From: a virus
DNA length: 64,000 nucleotides
IMG/VR virus record: IMGVR_UViG_3300050120_000210
Coordinates: 85,125 to 149,124 of that record
Strand: one strand, 5' to 3'
Below are positions 39,442 through 49,098 of the stretch, piece by piece. The position numbers and the translations under genes were made by a program. Position 1 is the first letter of the stretch. Each line of letters begins with the position of its first letter. Under the pieces are notes generated by a model. It worked only from the letters and a program-made list of their open reading frames with translations, did not search any database and was not told where the DNA came from.

Positions 39442-39543
39442 TCAAGCAATATGCGCGATGAACGATCCGGCCAGCAAAAACGGAATGGCCAAGAAGAACA
39501 GCGAGCTAAGCTTGTCGAGTTTGGTTGCAAATGTGGTTTTCAT
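39442..39543 (-). CDS. 33-aa single-TM peptide (not in ORF track)
   Basis: MKTTFATKLDKLSSLFFLAIPFLLAGSFIAHIA; AAGGA RBS; TAAATA at 39578-39583. Confidence 0.5.
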   Translation of the reverse strand: MKTTFATKLDKLSSLFFLAIPFLLAGSFIAHIA

Positions 39544-39618
39544 AACTAGGTTCCTTTCAATTTCTTGATAATGAACCTATTTATGTTGCGCTGCAATATC
39601 TATCTGAACAGTGTTTAC

Positions 39619-40140
39619 TTAGGCCCAATTCTCGAACTTCACGAGATCATCATAGGGCAAATTATAGCAATCCGCCGAGACCTTCCAACCGTTCGATGGA
39701 TCAACGTCACCGACCTTCAGGAACTTTGCCCGATCCTTGTAGGTCTCTTTCTGAATGATGCCGATGATATATCCACGCGTGTAGTCTCCGGTCTCCTTGA
39801 CGCGGTAGAGCGACACGAACACATAGAAGTCGGCGCGTTGAGCCGTGTTGAAGTTCGCGACCGATGCTTCGTAGCCAGCGCGCGGCGCCACGGTACGATC
39901 CTTGGTCTTCACCTCAAACGATGTGCCTTCGAAAGTGATGTCATGCTGATAGGTGTTGTGGGACTCCGAACCACCCCAAGCAGCGAGTACGATTTCCTCG
40001 CCCAAGAAGCCTGCAAGATTACCGGAGCCCCTGCGGATCGAGTTACGCAGTTCACCCATCTCCTGAGCCTTCTCTGAGGCTCTATCGACCATCTCCTGAG
40101 TGATATCGATCTCGATGAAACCTTCGCGGGTGATGTTCAT
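39619..40140 (-). CDS. PD-(D/E)xK nuclease-like protein
   Basis: GFLGE...HD.......EVKT...D.YVF pattern. Confidence 0.65.
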   Translation of the reverse strand: MNITREGFIEIDITQEMVDRASEKAQEMGELRNSIRRGSGNLAGFLGEEIVLAAWGGSESHNTYQHDITFEGTSFEVKTKDRTVAPRAGYEASVANFNTAQRADFYVFVSLYRVKETGDYTRGYIIGIIQKETYKDRAKFLKVGDVDPSNGWKVSADCYNLPYDDLVKFENWA

Positions 40141-40520
40141 CAGATTGAGTGCCGCATTTGGACTGCCTGATCGCGCGCCGCATTCATTACGACTTGCGCG
40201 ATGGGCGGTAGGTTGGTCGCCTTGGCGAAGTTGAACGTCAGGCCATCGGCCGCAGCGAGAAGCGTGAAAAACGGTGCTTCTCCGTCCGGGGTGAACACCG
40301 TGACATTGACTTCAAACGGTCTGCCACCGGCCCGGTAGCGGAACCACTGGCCGTTGCAGTCGTAGGTGGCCTCTCGCGTGCCCTTGTTGAACGAAAGTTG
40401 GGCGGCCATGACCAAGGTCTCACCAAGTAGTCTCGGTTCGGTTCGACCATAATGGAGTGCGGGAGGTGGCTTGTCGTCGAGATGATCTTCAATTTCGACT
40501 TGGGCAGCGGCAGTCAACAT
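40140..40520 (-). CDS. hypothetical protein
   Basis: TGATG coupling to the downstream gene. Confidence 0.55.
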   Translation of the reverse strand: MLTAAAQVEIEDHLDDKPPPALHYGRTEPRLLGETLVMAAQLSFNKGTREATYDCNGQWFRYRAGGRPFEVNVTVFTPDGEAPFFTLLAAADGLTFNFAKATNLPPIAQVVMNAARDQAVQMRHSI

Positions 40521-40593
40521 GGGCCATCACTTGTCAGGAATGAACCTTCAAAGTAGCCCGTGCACGGACCTATCTGCAATATTTTCGTAAACC

Positions 40594-40636
40594 AAAATAG
40601 GCCCACCGGGTGGGCACATGGCGTGACCGGTGGGCC
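40594..40636 (-). terminator. Rho-independent terminator
   Basis: ggcccaccgg...ccggtgggcc followed by tatttt on the - strand. Confidence 0.7.
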
Positions 40637-40639
40637 GTA

Positions 40640-40740
40640 ATGGCTTCGGACGGGCTGCCATCAACCGTTCAGGAGCCCGGCGCCGAACATCCTGACTCAG
40701 GGGTATGTCCTAAAAGGGCAGTGACCGTTCTGATCCTTAC
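40640..40740 (-). ncRNA. possible small rod-shaped RNA
   Basis: Nested inverted repeats with a central bubble, bracketed by two - strand terminators. Confidence 0.35.
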
Positions 40741-40750
40741 CCTAGACACG

Positions 40751-40781
40751 AAAAAGCCGCCCCGGATTTGCCGGAGCGGCT
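40751..40781 (-). terminator. terminator of the GOLLD-like transcript
   Basis: agccgctccgg-caaat-ccggggcggct-tttt. Confidence 0.8.
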
Positions 40782-40832
40782 GGGAGTCCCGCGCTAGTCG
40801 GGATATGAGAACTGCCGGAGCAGTTTGATGTT

Positions 40833-41980
40833 AAAGCCGTGAGACTACAGGCTTAATGACTGGCCTTCCGAGATTATAGCCCACTTGCGATGGACCTTCC
40901 CCGATCATCCACCCTCTGCTCTTGCGAGTCAAAAGGTAACCAGCCGATGCCGCCTTTTCCCTATCGAAGCCCGAAGGCATAGGCGAGTGGCTTATCTCGC
41001 GTCGTAGTGTGTCCTCGGCGGTTCCTTCTCCGTTGACCATCGCTGGCCATTCAGGGTTGCAGCCCCTACGAAAACCTTCCCACCAACGTCCGGTTGCCTT
41101 GCGAGCTTCCGACCGTCTCGGTTCCAAATCGCCACCCGAAGATGACGACCCAGCCGAGAATTAGGCATCTTGTTACACACTACCGGGGCAGAACTTTGCG
41201 TTTTTCTAAGACAGTTGGAATTGAACCAACGACCTCATCCTATGCAGGGATGCGCTCTACCAGAGTGAGCTATATCGCAATCCACCAAGACGTGCTGCCC
41301 CAGTTGCTTCACCAGCCTTTCAGCCGACAAAATACAACACGCCTCATCCCTTTCATCCGGCTAAGACTACTCAGGTGTCCTTTTGGACCTAGTGACGTTT
41401 TCACGCCCCAAGACCCTGAAGACTGCCACCCGCCCTAAGCTGCGAAGCCTCGGACCTGATGACTACCCGTTAACTCTCGACCATGGACGTGCTTTGCATG
41501 TCTCGGTGCAGGACGCAAACCCCGCTTGGACCGACCTGCTTTCCCCACCGGCGAACCGACAAGGGCATCGAGCCTAGTCCTATCCCCTCTCAGGGACCAA
41601 AACGCACATCGTCCGATCTATCTCCTATCCCGAAGGTAGAAGACCCTCTTTAGGAGGGTAGTTCGGGCCTCTTTGGATGGACTACAGTTGCCTGTAGGGA
41701 CGGTATGTGGACCTTCCGCCCTTATCCCACCTCGCGGCGGGTTATCCGATTATACTGGCGCCAAATCGCCAGTTCTCAACACCCGTCCTATCGGTCGAAC
41801 GAACTACCCCGCACATCGACCGAAGCCGACGTGCAAAGTGATCCAGTAGGATCGAAGAGACGTTCCGCACGCCGCCCGAAGGCGACTTAACCCGACCGAA
41901 GCCGAGAGGCACGGAGTGCCGAAACTTGTGTGCTAGGAGCGGGTTTTCCCGCTCTCAGCGAAATTTTTTGGTCTGTGACC
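40833..41980 (-). ncRNA. GOLLD-like giant ornate RNA, about 1.15 kb
   Basis: No credible ORF; dense GNRA/UUCG hairpins on the - strand; segments GUGUUGUAUU...GAAAGG...GGGGCAGCAC, GCAAAGUUCUGCC and 3' AAGCCUGUAGUCUCACGGCUUU resemble GOLLD as I recall it; own promoter and terminator. Confidence 0.8.
41206..41279 (-). tRNA. degenerate tRNA-like element (anticodon position GCA) embedded in the GOLLD-like RNA
   Basis: Intact D arm (GCTC..GAGC), anticodon arm catcc-ctGCAta-ggatg, T arm gttgg-TTCAATT-ccaac; weak acceptor, no CCA, U37. Confidence 0.7.
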
Positions 41981-41988
41981 GAAACACC

Positions 41989-42017
41989 AACCTAACAACT
42001 CGCCATTTTCTGGTCAA
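41989..42017 (-). promoter_or_regulatory. sigma70-type promoter for the GOLLD-like RNA
   Basis: TTGACC-N17-TAGGTT. Confidence 0.75.
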
Positions 42018-42481
42018 CTACTTTTTACGATCTCTCGTAATTATTTTCGTTCACCAGATGGTGGAAGCCGTTGGGAGAGCGCCGCTGCCCCAGCCGTGAT
42101 TTGGAAAGTAGCGACCCCTTTCGGAAGACGCAATATCCTTTTTCGCAATTTCGTGACGAAGCCTGTGGATAACTCGCAAACGAAACAACGAGGGGTCGTC
42201 AAGCCGTTTGGCCCGGCATTCTCGTTGAGCCAGCAGCCTCGTATCTTGATGACTGAGAGCAAACTCCCGCCTGTGGGAATGGCGTCCCCGGCACGTTCCC
42301 GAGGCCCTCCACTCAAAACCGCACAAGGCTCCAAAGCCCGCCGGTCCACAGCCCGTGTCATACCACGGCGCCACTCGTCCAGTTCTGATTAGCAGACAAC
42401 AAGTTACCAGTCAATCTGCGCGAAAACTCCAATTTTGAGTTTCGATAAATACTCGAAGCCTAATTGGATCATCTCCCTTCA

Positions 42482-45400
42482 ATGACACTGCGTCTCACAA
42501 CTCTGAATCTATCAGGATCGCTCACAGTGGGTAGGGATACCAATCCCGCTATCATGTGGGTTGCTCCGATGAACAAGGTTCTGGGTGCATTCAACGAAGG
42601 CGACGAGATCGAAACCGTCTTCAAGGCGACCGGCAAGAACCTCACCGCGCCCATCACCTATGAGCTTCACGTTGGTTCGCTGCCGGACGGCATCAGCTTT
42701 GATGAGACCAGCGGTTTGATGAGCGGTATTTTCACCGATCAAGTTGGCCTGTTCGATATCATCATTCGCGCGCAGAGTGGCGGAACGTTCCTCGATCATC
42801 CGTTCCGGCTCATCACCGGGCCGCATCCGTCGCCTGTCTGGATCACGCCTTCAGAGATTCTTGATTTTGGAAACGTAAACGAAACGGCGAACACCGCAGT
42901 TGAAGCCGTCGATCCCTATGAGCTTCCGGTTCAATATTCTGTGGTCGGCGGGCAGCTTCCGAGCGGGGTGTTCTTGGACCCCAACACCGGCGCCATCACT
43001 GGCACCTACCCGAACCTCGACGATGACCGCGAATACGATTTCACGTTGGCCGCGTCGAACGGCGACACCGCAGTGTTCCGTGACTTCAGCATCTATGTCG
43101 CAGCCGTCCCGCCTGAGTTCGCTTCGATTTGGGTCACTCCGGCCGGTTCGATTGGCTCTGGTTACGAACTCTCGTTCTTTGAGAGCACCGTGCTGGCCAT
43201 CGACCCGCGAGACGATCACATCACTTACGTGCGTGTGGCTGGCAACATTCCGCCGGGTCTGCAACTGGACGCGAACACCGGCCTGATGTCTGGCACGCTC
43301 GACGCGCAGCCGGACGACACCGAGTTCAAGATGATCTTGGGGGCGCGAAACAGCGTCTACACCACGAAGCGTCTGTTCCTCATCACCGTCAAACACGACG
43401 TTGCCCCGAGCTTCGAGATTCCGGGCGGGGACACGGGTCATCCGTTCCCCATCGGTCAGTTCATCGAAGGTTTCTCGATGAGATTCACACCGAACGTCAC
43501 GTCGAATCCTGAACTCCCGATCAGCTACACGGCGGTCGGTCTGCCTGATAACGTTGGCATCGACGTGAACAACGGCATGGTTTCGTCCGATTCCTTGCCG
43601 CTGGTGCCAGAGCCGCGCAACAGCGACGAGACCGTTCAGTTCTCGATCACCGCATCCGATGGTTTGAAGTCAGCTTCGCATCAATTCGTTTTCGTGATCC
43701 TGCGCGACTTGCCGCCGGTCTGGCAGCCGGTCGGCAACAGCCTCGGCCAAGATTTCGGAGGCACGGTGTTTGCTTCTCCGTTGCCGCTCGCCGTTGATGT
43801 TTACGCCCGTCCCGTTGTCTACACGCTATCCGATCAAACTCCGCTTCCCGATGGTCTGACGTTCGACCCGGATCAAGGCGAAATCAGCGGCAACCTTCCG
43901 CCCACACCCGATGACGATATCGACATTCCGCTGACGATCACTGCGGTCAGCGGTGTCAATCCGGCGATCAAGGATTGGACGATTACGGCATGGCACAACA
44001 TCCCGGCTATCTGGGATACTGACGCTGGCTCGCTCGGCATCATCATCGAGAACACCAACTCATCGGTAAGCGTCGCCGCGCACGATTTCCACGGTGAGCA
44101 GGCCGTGACCTACGCGATGGCGAACGCGACAGTTCTGCCGCCGGGTCTCACGTTGATCGCGAACTCAGGCGCCATCGTCGGCACGACGCAGAGCATTTCC
44201 GATCCCAATCTGGAAACGACGGTCTTCACCATCGAAGCGTCGTTCAACGGTCTGCTGCCGACCACTCGCGATTTCTCGATCAGCGTGCAAAAGAACTATC
44301 CGCCCGTGTGGGACACCCCGGCCGGAAGCCTGCTCTCTGTCCTCGCCCAGCAAGATTTCGGCGTTTCCGTCGTCGGTCACGATCCGAACGGCTCGCCGTT
44401 GATCTATGCGATTATCGACACGAACATTCCTGATATTCCCGACATCGTCACGACGCCCACTGACGTGACGGGTCGATTCCCGCCGACAACCGTCGATCAA
44501 ACATTTTTCTACAAAGTTTCGATCAGCGATGGCGTGAACCTGCCTATCGAACGAGACTTCACGCTGACTTCGTTGGCCAACTTGCCGCCGGTTTGGGTGA
44601 CGAACGCGGGTACTATTCTCGACGCATTCGAACATACTGACGTGAGCATTCAACTCGATGCGTTCGACCCAGAGGGTGCGGATATCGAGTTCTACATCAC
44701 GCCCAACACCAACGATATCTACAAAGAAGGCAACACTGTCTACCTTACGATGTCAAACACCGGCCTCGTCACCGGCACCCTTCCGCACGTCGATTCAGAC
44801 ACGACCATTTCGTTCACCGCAATTGCGTGGGATCAAACCGGCGAGCGCGGTAACAATCGCTATCTGGCAACGAGCCAGAGTTTCGACATCGTCGTGCGGT
44901 TCAACACCCCGCCGACGTGGAATACGGCCGCCGATATTGAAGGTCTTGAACGCACTGCGTTCTCCTTGACGTTCAGCGCCAGCGGCGCGGGTAATCTTCC
45001 GCAAATCGTTTACACGCTGAAGAGTGGATCGTTCCCCACAGGTCTGACCATGGATGCCAACGGCGTGCTGAGTGGTATCCTTCCGGCCGTAAGCTCGGAC
45101 CAAGATTTCATCTTCACGATGACCGCCGACAACGGCATCAAGCAGTCCGACCGAACCTTCACATTCACGGTGGTTGAGAATGTGCCCCCGGTTTGGGACA
45201 CCCCCGCCGGAGAGTTCATCAGTCATCTTGGACAGATTCCGTTCAGCGCCCAAATCATCGGCCACGATGACAACTCGCCGCTTGGTAACCCGGTGACGTA
45301 TACCCTCACCGATGTGGGTAATGTGCCTGTCACCGTCTCCTTCACCGCCGCCAATCCGATCACCGCCAACTCGAACATCACCGGCGTGATGAGCGGGCAT

Positions 45401-48400
45401 TTGCCGCTCGTGGAGAACTCGGACGCGCTTTACACCTTCACCGCCGCACTGAACGATGGTCTTGCCCCGCCGGTCAGCCGCACGTTCACAATTCGCAATC
45501 TGGCCGACCGTGATCCCCTGTGGGGAACACCCGCTGGCTCGATTGGCGTCGGCACTGAAAACAAGCCCTTCACGTTCACGCTTGGTGCAACGGACCCCGA
45601 AGCAAACACGGTTGTGTATGCTCTCGCCAATGGCACCAATTTGCCGGATGGACTTACGCTTTCGAGCAGCGGCTTCATCAGCGGCACTATGCCGCCCGCA
45701 GCATCCGATACCGATTATCCGTTCTCGGTTTTCGCGAGTGATGGAACACACGAATCGTTCCGCGATTTCACCGTCACGGTGCAGCATGATTTCCCGCCTG
45801 TCTGGGTTACTCCCGCAGGTAGCTTGGGCACGATCCTTGGTGGTTTCAGTTCAAGTTTCCGCATCGAAGCGACCGATCAAAACCCGCACGACACGGTCAC
45901 TTACAGCGTGGTCAGTGGCTCATTGCCGCCCGGCCTTGCGCTACTAGACACCGGTTTCATCAACGGCGCCATGGACACTATCCCTGCCGATGAAGACTAT
46001 AACTTCACGGCACAAGCGACAGACGGCACGAACCCGATCACACGGGCGTTCGCGATCTCTGGTGTGCGAAACCAGCCTCCGGTGTTTGTGCCGGGTGGCA
46101 GCCGCCTTGCTCGTCAAAAAGAACAGACGAACTTCACCGCGTTCATCGACGTGTTCGATCCTGACGGTGGTGATATTGCCGAACGCAAAGTCACCGGCTT
46201 GCCTGATGGCCTGACCTTCAACACCAGCACATTCAACATCGAAGGTGTGCTGCCTGCGGTCACCGAAGACAAAACGTATTCGTTCGATTATCTGGCGAAT
46301 GACGGCATTGTCGCGAACACGCAGACTTACACCATCGACGTGCTGTTTAGCTCTCCACCGGTCTTCCAAGGGTCTTCTACGCTCAATCGAGCGGTTGAGG
46401 GTCAAATCTACGCTGGCGACCAGATCACGGCCCTCTCAAATGGGTCCACGGTATTCTATTCGGTGTCTGGTGGCGAAATGCCGGACGGCATCAACTTGGC
46501 GTCCAACGGACAGGTTACCGGCGTGGCGCCGGGTATAGACACCGACACCAACTTCATCTTTGACGTGACCGCATCGACTGGCATCAAGTCCAGCGTTCGC
46601 ACCTACACGCTATCGGTCATCAAAAACCAGCCGCCTGTGTGGGACAGCAATGCAACGATCTCGCCGTTCGCGCAAGAAGGCCAGCACATCTCCTACTCGT
46701 TGGTCGCTCACGACATCAACGGGCAGAACCTCACTTACACCTTCCAGAGCGGTGCGATCCCTTCCGGTTGGATTTACAACGCTACCAGCAATGGCGTGAC
46801 CATTTCGGGGACCGGTCAAGACCTGACCTCTCTGGCCAACGACGCGGTCTATACCTTCACGATTGGCGCGTCGAACGGCTTCATCCGTACTGATCGTCTG
46901 TTTACGATTGTCGTGCATTACAATTCGCCGCCGATTTGGGGTGGTAATTCCGTCGTCGCGAACGTGGTCGAACAGACTGCGGTGGTGACCAGCGTGCACG
47001 CCACCGATCCCGAAGGCAACGCGGTGACTTACGCGGCCAACACCGCGACCTTTGGTTTCCCGTCGTGGCTGACGCTCAATGCGAACAGCGGGCAACTGAG
47101 CGGCACCGTGCCGCCGGTGCTCTCCAATTCGTCTGTGCCGTTTACGATTGCAGCGTCGGACGGCAATCGTTCGGCCAATCGCGACTTCTCGATCAACATC
47201 ATCCACAACGTCTCGAAGGTCGATCCCTTCGCAAATGCCGTGTCGCTCATCATGCACATGGAAAACTTCAACGACTTCGCGACGCTTCCTCCGCGCACAT
47301 TCTCGGTGACTTCTCCGGCCGCGTTGTCTTCCGCGCAGTTCCTCTTCGGGAGCAAGAGCCTGTTCGCCAATGGCGGCGCCATCACTACCCCATCTACGAC
47401 GGACACGTTGCTGGCGAACTCTGAATGGACTGTGGAGTTCTGGGCTTTCCCGACTTCCACGGGAACACAGCGCGTGTTGAACAGCAACGGACCTACCAAT
47501 TTCTGGAACGTGAACATCGCTTCTGGAAATTGGGTGTTCAACGCAACGAATAGCGGCGGGACGATCATCGGTGGTGGGCTCACTCTTGGCGCCATCGTCT
47601 TGAATCAGTGGCAGCACGTCGCGATCACCCGAGGCACGGATGGTGTCATTCGTGGGTTCGTCAATGGTGTCGTCGCTGGGGCCACGATCTCTGGCGCCGT
47701 CAGCAGCAGCGGCGGTAGCGGCTTGTTCTCGATTGGCGGCGATAGCAATGACAGTGTGTTCTCGACCGTCTTCATGGACGAGGTTCGTATCACGCAGAAG
47801 CAACGCTACACCGCGACCTTCACGCCCGTCACAAACCCGTTCCCGAATCCGCCTCTGTGGTTGACCGCCAACGCAACACTGATCGCTAGCGGCCCGGAAA
47901 ACAGTGTCGTGACAGCCCCAACCCCGGTGGTTGCTTACGACAACGACAACACTGGCTCAATGTCGTCATATACGATCACTTCGACAACGCCATTCTCCTA
48001 TGGCGTTGCGGGGAACACCGGCGTCTTGAACGGTTTCTTCCCGACGCTAGTGACTGACGCGAACTTCCCGATTGTGACTGTGGCCCGTGATGGCAACGGC
48101 AACTGGACCGCACCGCGCACTTTCTTCGCCAAGTCCAATGCCGCCACCGCCGCCAACATGGTCATGTCGTGGCGCTTCAACAAAGACATGACTTCGAGCG
48201 ACTTCTCGCTATCGACTGGCAACGCGGTTGTTGGACAACCGGGCATCAGCGGAGGCACGGCGACTTATGCTCAGGCGCCCGCTCCGCATGGCACTGAAAC
48301 AGCCATGTGGACAGGGAACACCGGCACCGGGCTCTCGTGGGATACAGGTGTTGGTCATTTCAACTTCCTGTCCGGCTCGTTCACGCTTGAAATGTGGGTC

Positions 48401-48841
48401 TATATGGCTGGCGGTTATCCGCAAAATGTGGGCGGCGGAAACCGGGCGCTATTCATCATCACGCCGTCAGCCTTCAACAGCAATTTCCGACTGTTCCGAT
48501 ATGAGTCGTCGCCATCTCCGACCGGAAACATGGCTATGACCTTCATGGACATCAACCGACCGGCCGGGTGCCCAACGGGTCAGGATTTGGTGCCAAATGC
48601 ATGGCAGCACGTCGCGTTCACCAGAAACGCAACCACCAGCACGAACACGCTTTGGTTGAATGGTGTTGCCGGGCCGAGCACAACGACATCAAGTCCCGCA
48701 ATCGGGACATTCGATAACTGCAACCTGCTGATAAACCCGGCGGCGTCCACAGCTTATGTGAACGTCTTCTATCACTCGATCATTTTCTGGAACGTGCTGA
48801 AATACACGAGCACGTTCACCCCGGTCTGGCCGGGCTACTAA
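42482..48841 (+). CDS. second giant Ig-repeat + LamG fibre protein, about 2120 aa, paralog of 7252..18651
   Basis: About 16 He_PIG-like repeats, LamG, Ig, SWRFNK..APxPHGT LamG-like module; TAAATA at 42446. Confidence 0.85.
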   Translation: MTLRLTTLNLSGSLTVGRDTNPAIMWVAPMNKVLGAFNEGDEIETVFKATGKNLTAPITYELHVGSLPDGISFDETSGLMSGIFTDQVGLFDIIIRAQSGGTFLDHPFRLITGPHPSPVWITPSEILDFGNVNETANTAVEAVDPYELPVQYSVVGGQLPSGVFLDPNTGAITGTYPNLDDDREYDFTLAASNGDTAVFRDFSIYVAAVPPEFASIWVTPAGSIGSGYELSFFESTVLAIDPRDDHITYVRVAGNIPPGLQLDANTGLMSGTLDAQPDDTEFKMILGARNSVYTTKRLFLITVKHDVAPSFEIPGGDTGHPFPIGQFIEGFSMRFTPNVTSNPELPISYTAVGLPDNVGIDVNNGMVSSDSLPLVPEPRNSDETVQFSITASDGLKSASHQFVFVILRDLPPVWQPVGNSLGQDFGGTVFASPLPLAVDVYARPVVYTLSDQTPLPDGLTFDPDQGEISGNLPPTPDDDIDIPLTITAVSGVNPAIKDWTITAWHNIPAIWDTDAGSLGIIIENTNSSVSVAAHDFHGEQAVTYAMANATVLPPGLTLIANSGAIVGTTQSISDPNLETTVFTIEASFNGLLPTTRDFSISVQKNYPPVWDTPAGSLLSVLAQQDFGVSVVGHDPNGSPLIYAIIDTNIPDIPDIVTTPTDVTGRFPPTTVDQTFFYKVSISDGVNLPIERDFTLTSLANLPPVWVTNAGTILDAFEHTDVSIQLDAFDPEGADIEFYITPNTNDIYKEGNTVYLTMSNTGLVTGTLPHVDSDTTISFTAIAWDQTGERGNNRYLATSQSFDIVVRFNTPPTWNTAADIEGLERTAFSLTFSASGAGNLPQIVYTLKSGSFPTGLTMDANGVLSGILPAVSSDQDFIFTMTADNGIKQSDRTFTFTVVENVPPVWDTPAGEFISHLGQIPFSAQIIGHDDNSPLGNPVTYTLTDVGNVPVTVSFTAANPITANSNITGVMSGHLPLVENSDALYTFTAALNDGLAPPVSRTFTIRNLADRDPLWGTPAGSIGVGTENKPFTFTLGATDPEANTVVYALANGTNLPDGLTLSSSGFISGTMPPAASDTDYPFSVFASDGTHESFRDFTVTVQHDFPPVWVTPAGSLGTILGGFSSSFRIEATDQNPHDTVTYSVVSGSLPPGLALLDTGFINGAMDTIPADEDYNFTAQATDGTNPITRAFAISGVRNQPPVFVPGGSRLARQKEQTNFTAFIDVFDPDGGDIAERKVTGLPDGLTFNTSTFNIEGVLPAVTEDKTYSFDYLANDGIVANTQTYTIDVLFSSPPVFQGSSTLNRAVEGQIYAGDQITALSNGSTVFYSVSGGEMPDGINLASNGQVTGVAPGIDTDTNFIFDVTASTGIKSSVRTYTLSVIKNQPPVWDSNATISPFAQEGQHISYSLVAHDINGQNLTYTFQSGAIPSGWIYNATSNGVTISGTGQDLTSLANDAVYTFTIGASNGFIRTDRLFTIVVHYNSPPIWGGNSVVANVVEQTAVVTSVHATDPEGNAVTYAANTATFGFPSWLTLNANSGQLSGTVPPVLSNSSVPFTIAASDGNRSANRDFSINIIHNVSKVDPFANAVSLIMHMENFNDFATLPPRTFSVTSPAALSSAQFLFGSKSLFANGGAITTPSTTDTLLANSEWTVEFWAFPTSTGTQRVLNSNGPTNFWNVNIASGNWVFNATNSGGTIIGGGLTLGAIVLNQWQHVAITRGTDGVIRGFVNGVVAGATISGAVSSSGGSGLFSIGGDSNDSVFSTVFMDEVRITQKQRYTATFTPVTNPFPNPPLWLTANATLIASGPENSVVTAPTPVVAYDNDNTGSMSSYTITSTTPFSYGVAGNTGVLNGFFPTLVTDANFPIVTVARDGNGNWTAPRTFFAKSNAATAANMVMSWRFNKDMTSSDFSLSTGNAVVGQPGISGGTATYAQAPAPHGTETAMWTGNTGTGLSWDTGVGHFNFLSGSFTLEMWVYMAGGYPQNVGGGNRALFIITPSAFNSNFRLFRYESSPSPTGNMAMTFMDINRPAGCPTGQDLVPNAWQHVAFTRNATTSTNTLWLNGVAGPSTTTSSPAIGTFDNCNLLINPAASTAYVNVFYHSIIFWNVLKYTSTFTPVWPGY

Positions 48842-49098
48842 AGATAAAGCGAGATCGATTTGCGGAAATCGTCAACCTCACGCTTTTGCGTGGGATTGAG
48901 ATTGGCCGGATGCGTTCGTTTGCCATCCAGTGACACCGAGATACCGGACAATGTTTTGTGGTGCTCACGCCATGTCCAGAGCGGCGGGCCAAACGGAACC
49001 GGTAGACCTTTCATGATCCAACGCGGGGGCGGTGGAACTGGCATAGGAACTCCGGTCATTTGGATTTCACGAGTTCCGCGAAATCCTGCATAAGCCAC
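48838..49098 (-). CDS. small hypothetical protein (start probably 49059)
   Basis: ATGA-type coupling with the upstream ORF. Confidence 0.45.
   Translation of the reverse strand: MAYAGFRGTREIQMTGVPMPVPPPPRWIMKGLPVPFGPPLWTWREHHKTLSGISVSLDGKRTHPANLNPTQKREVDDFRKSISLYL

Noticed and set aside
41206-41279. Functional stand-alone tRNA-Cys
   Set aside because: Acceptor has a C-U mismatch and two G-U pairs, there is no CCA, the discriminator is G rather than U, and position 37 is U
40610-41890. Short ORFs inside the 40.6-42.0 kb interval
   Set aside because: No RBS, non-protein-like composition, and they overlap dense RNA structure and the tRNA-like element
42041-42392. About 100 aa ORFs between the GOLLD-like promoter and the second fibre gene
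   Set aside because: Three overlapping candidates, none with a convincing RBS or motif; left uncalled
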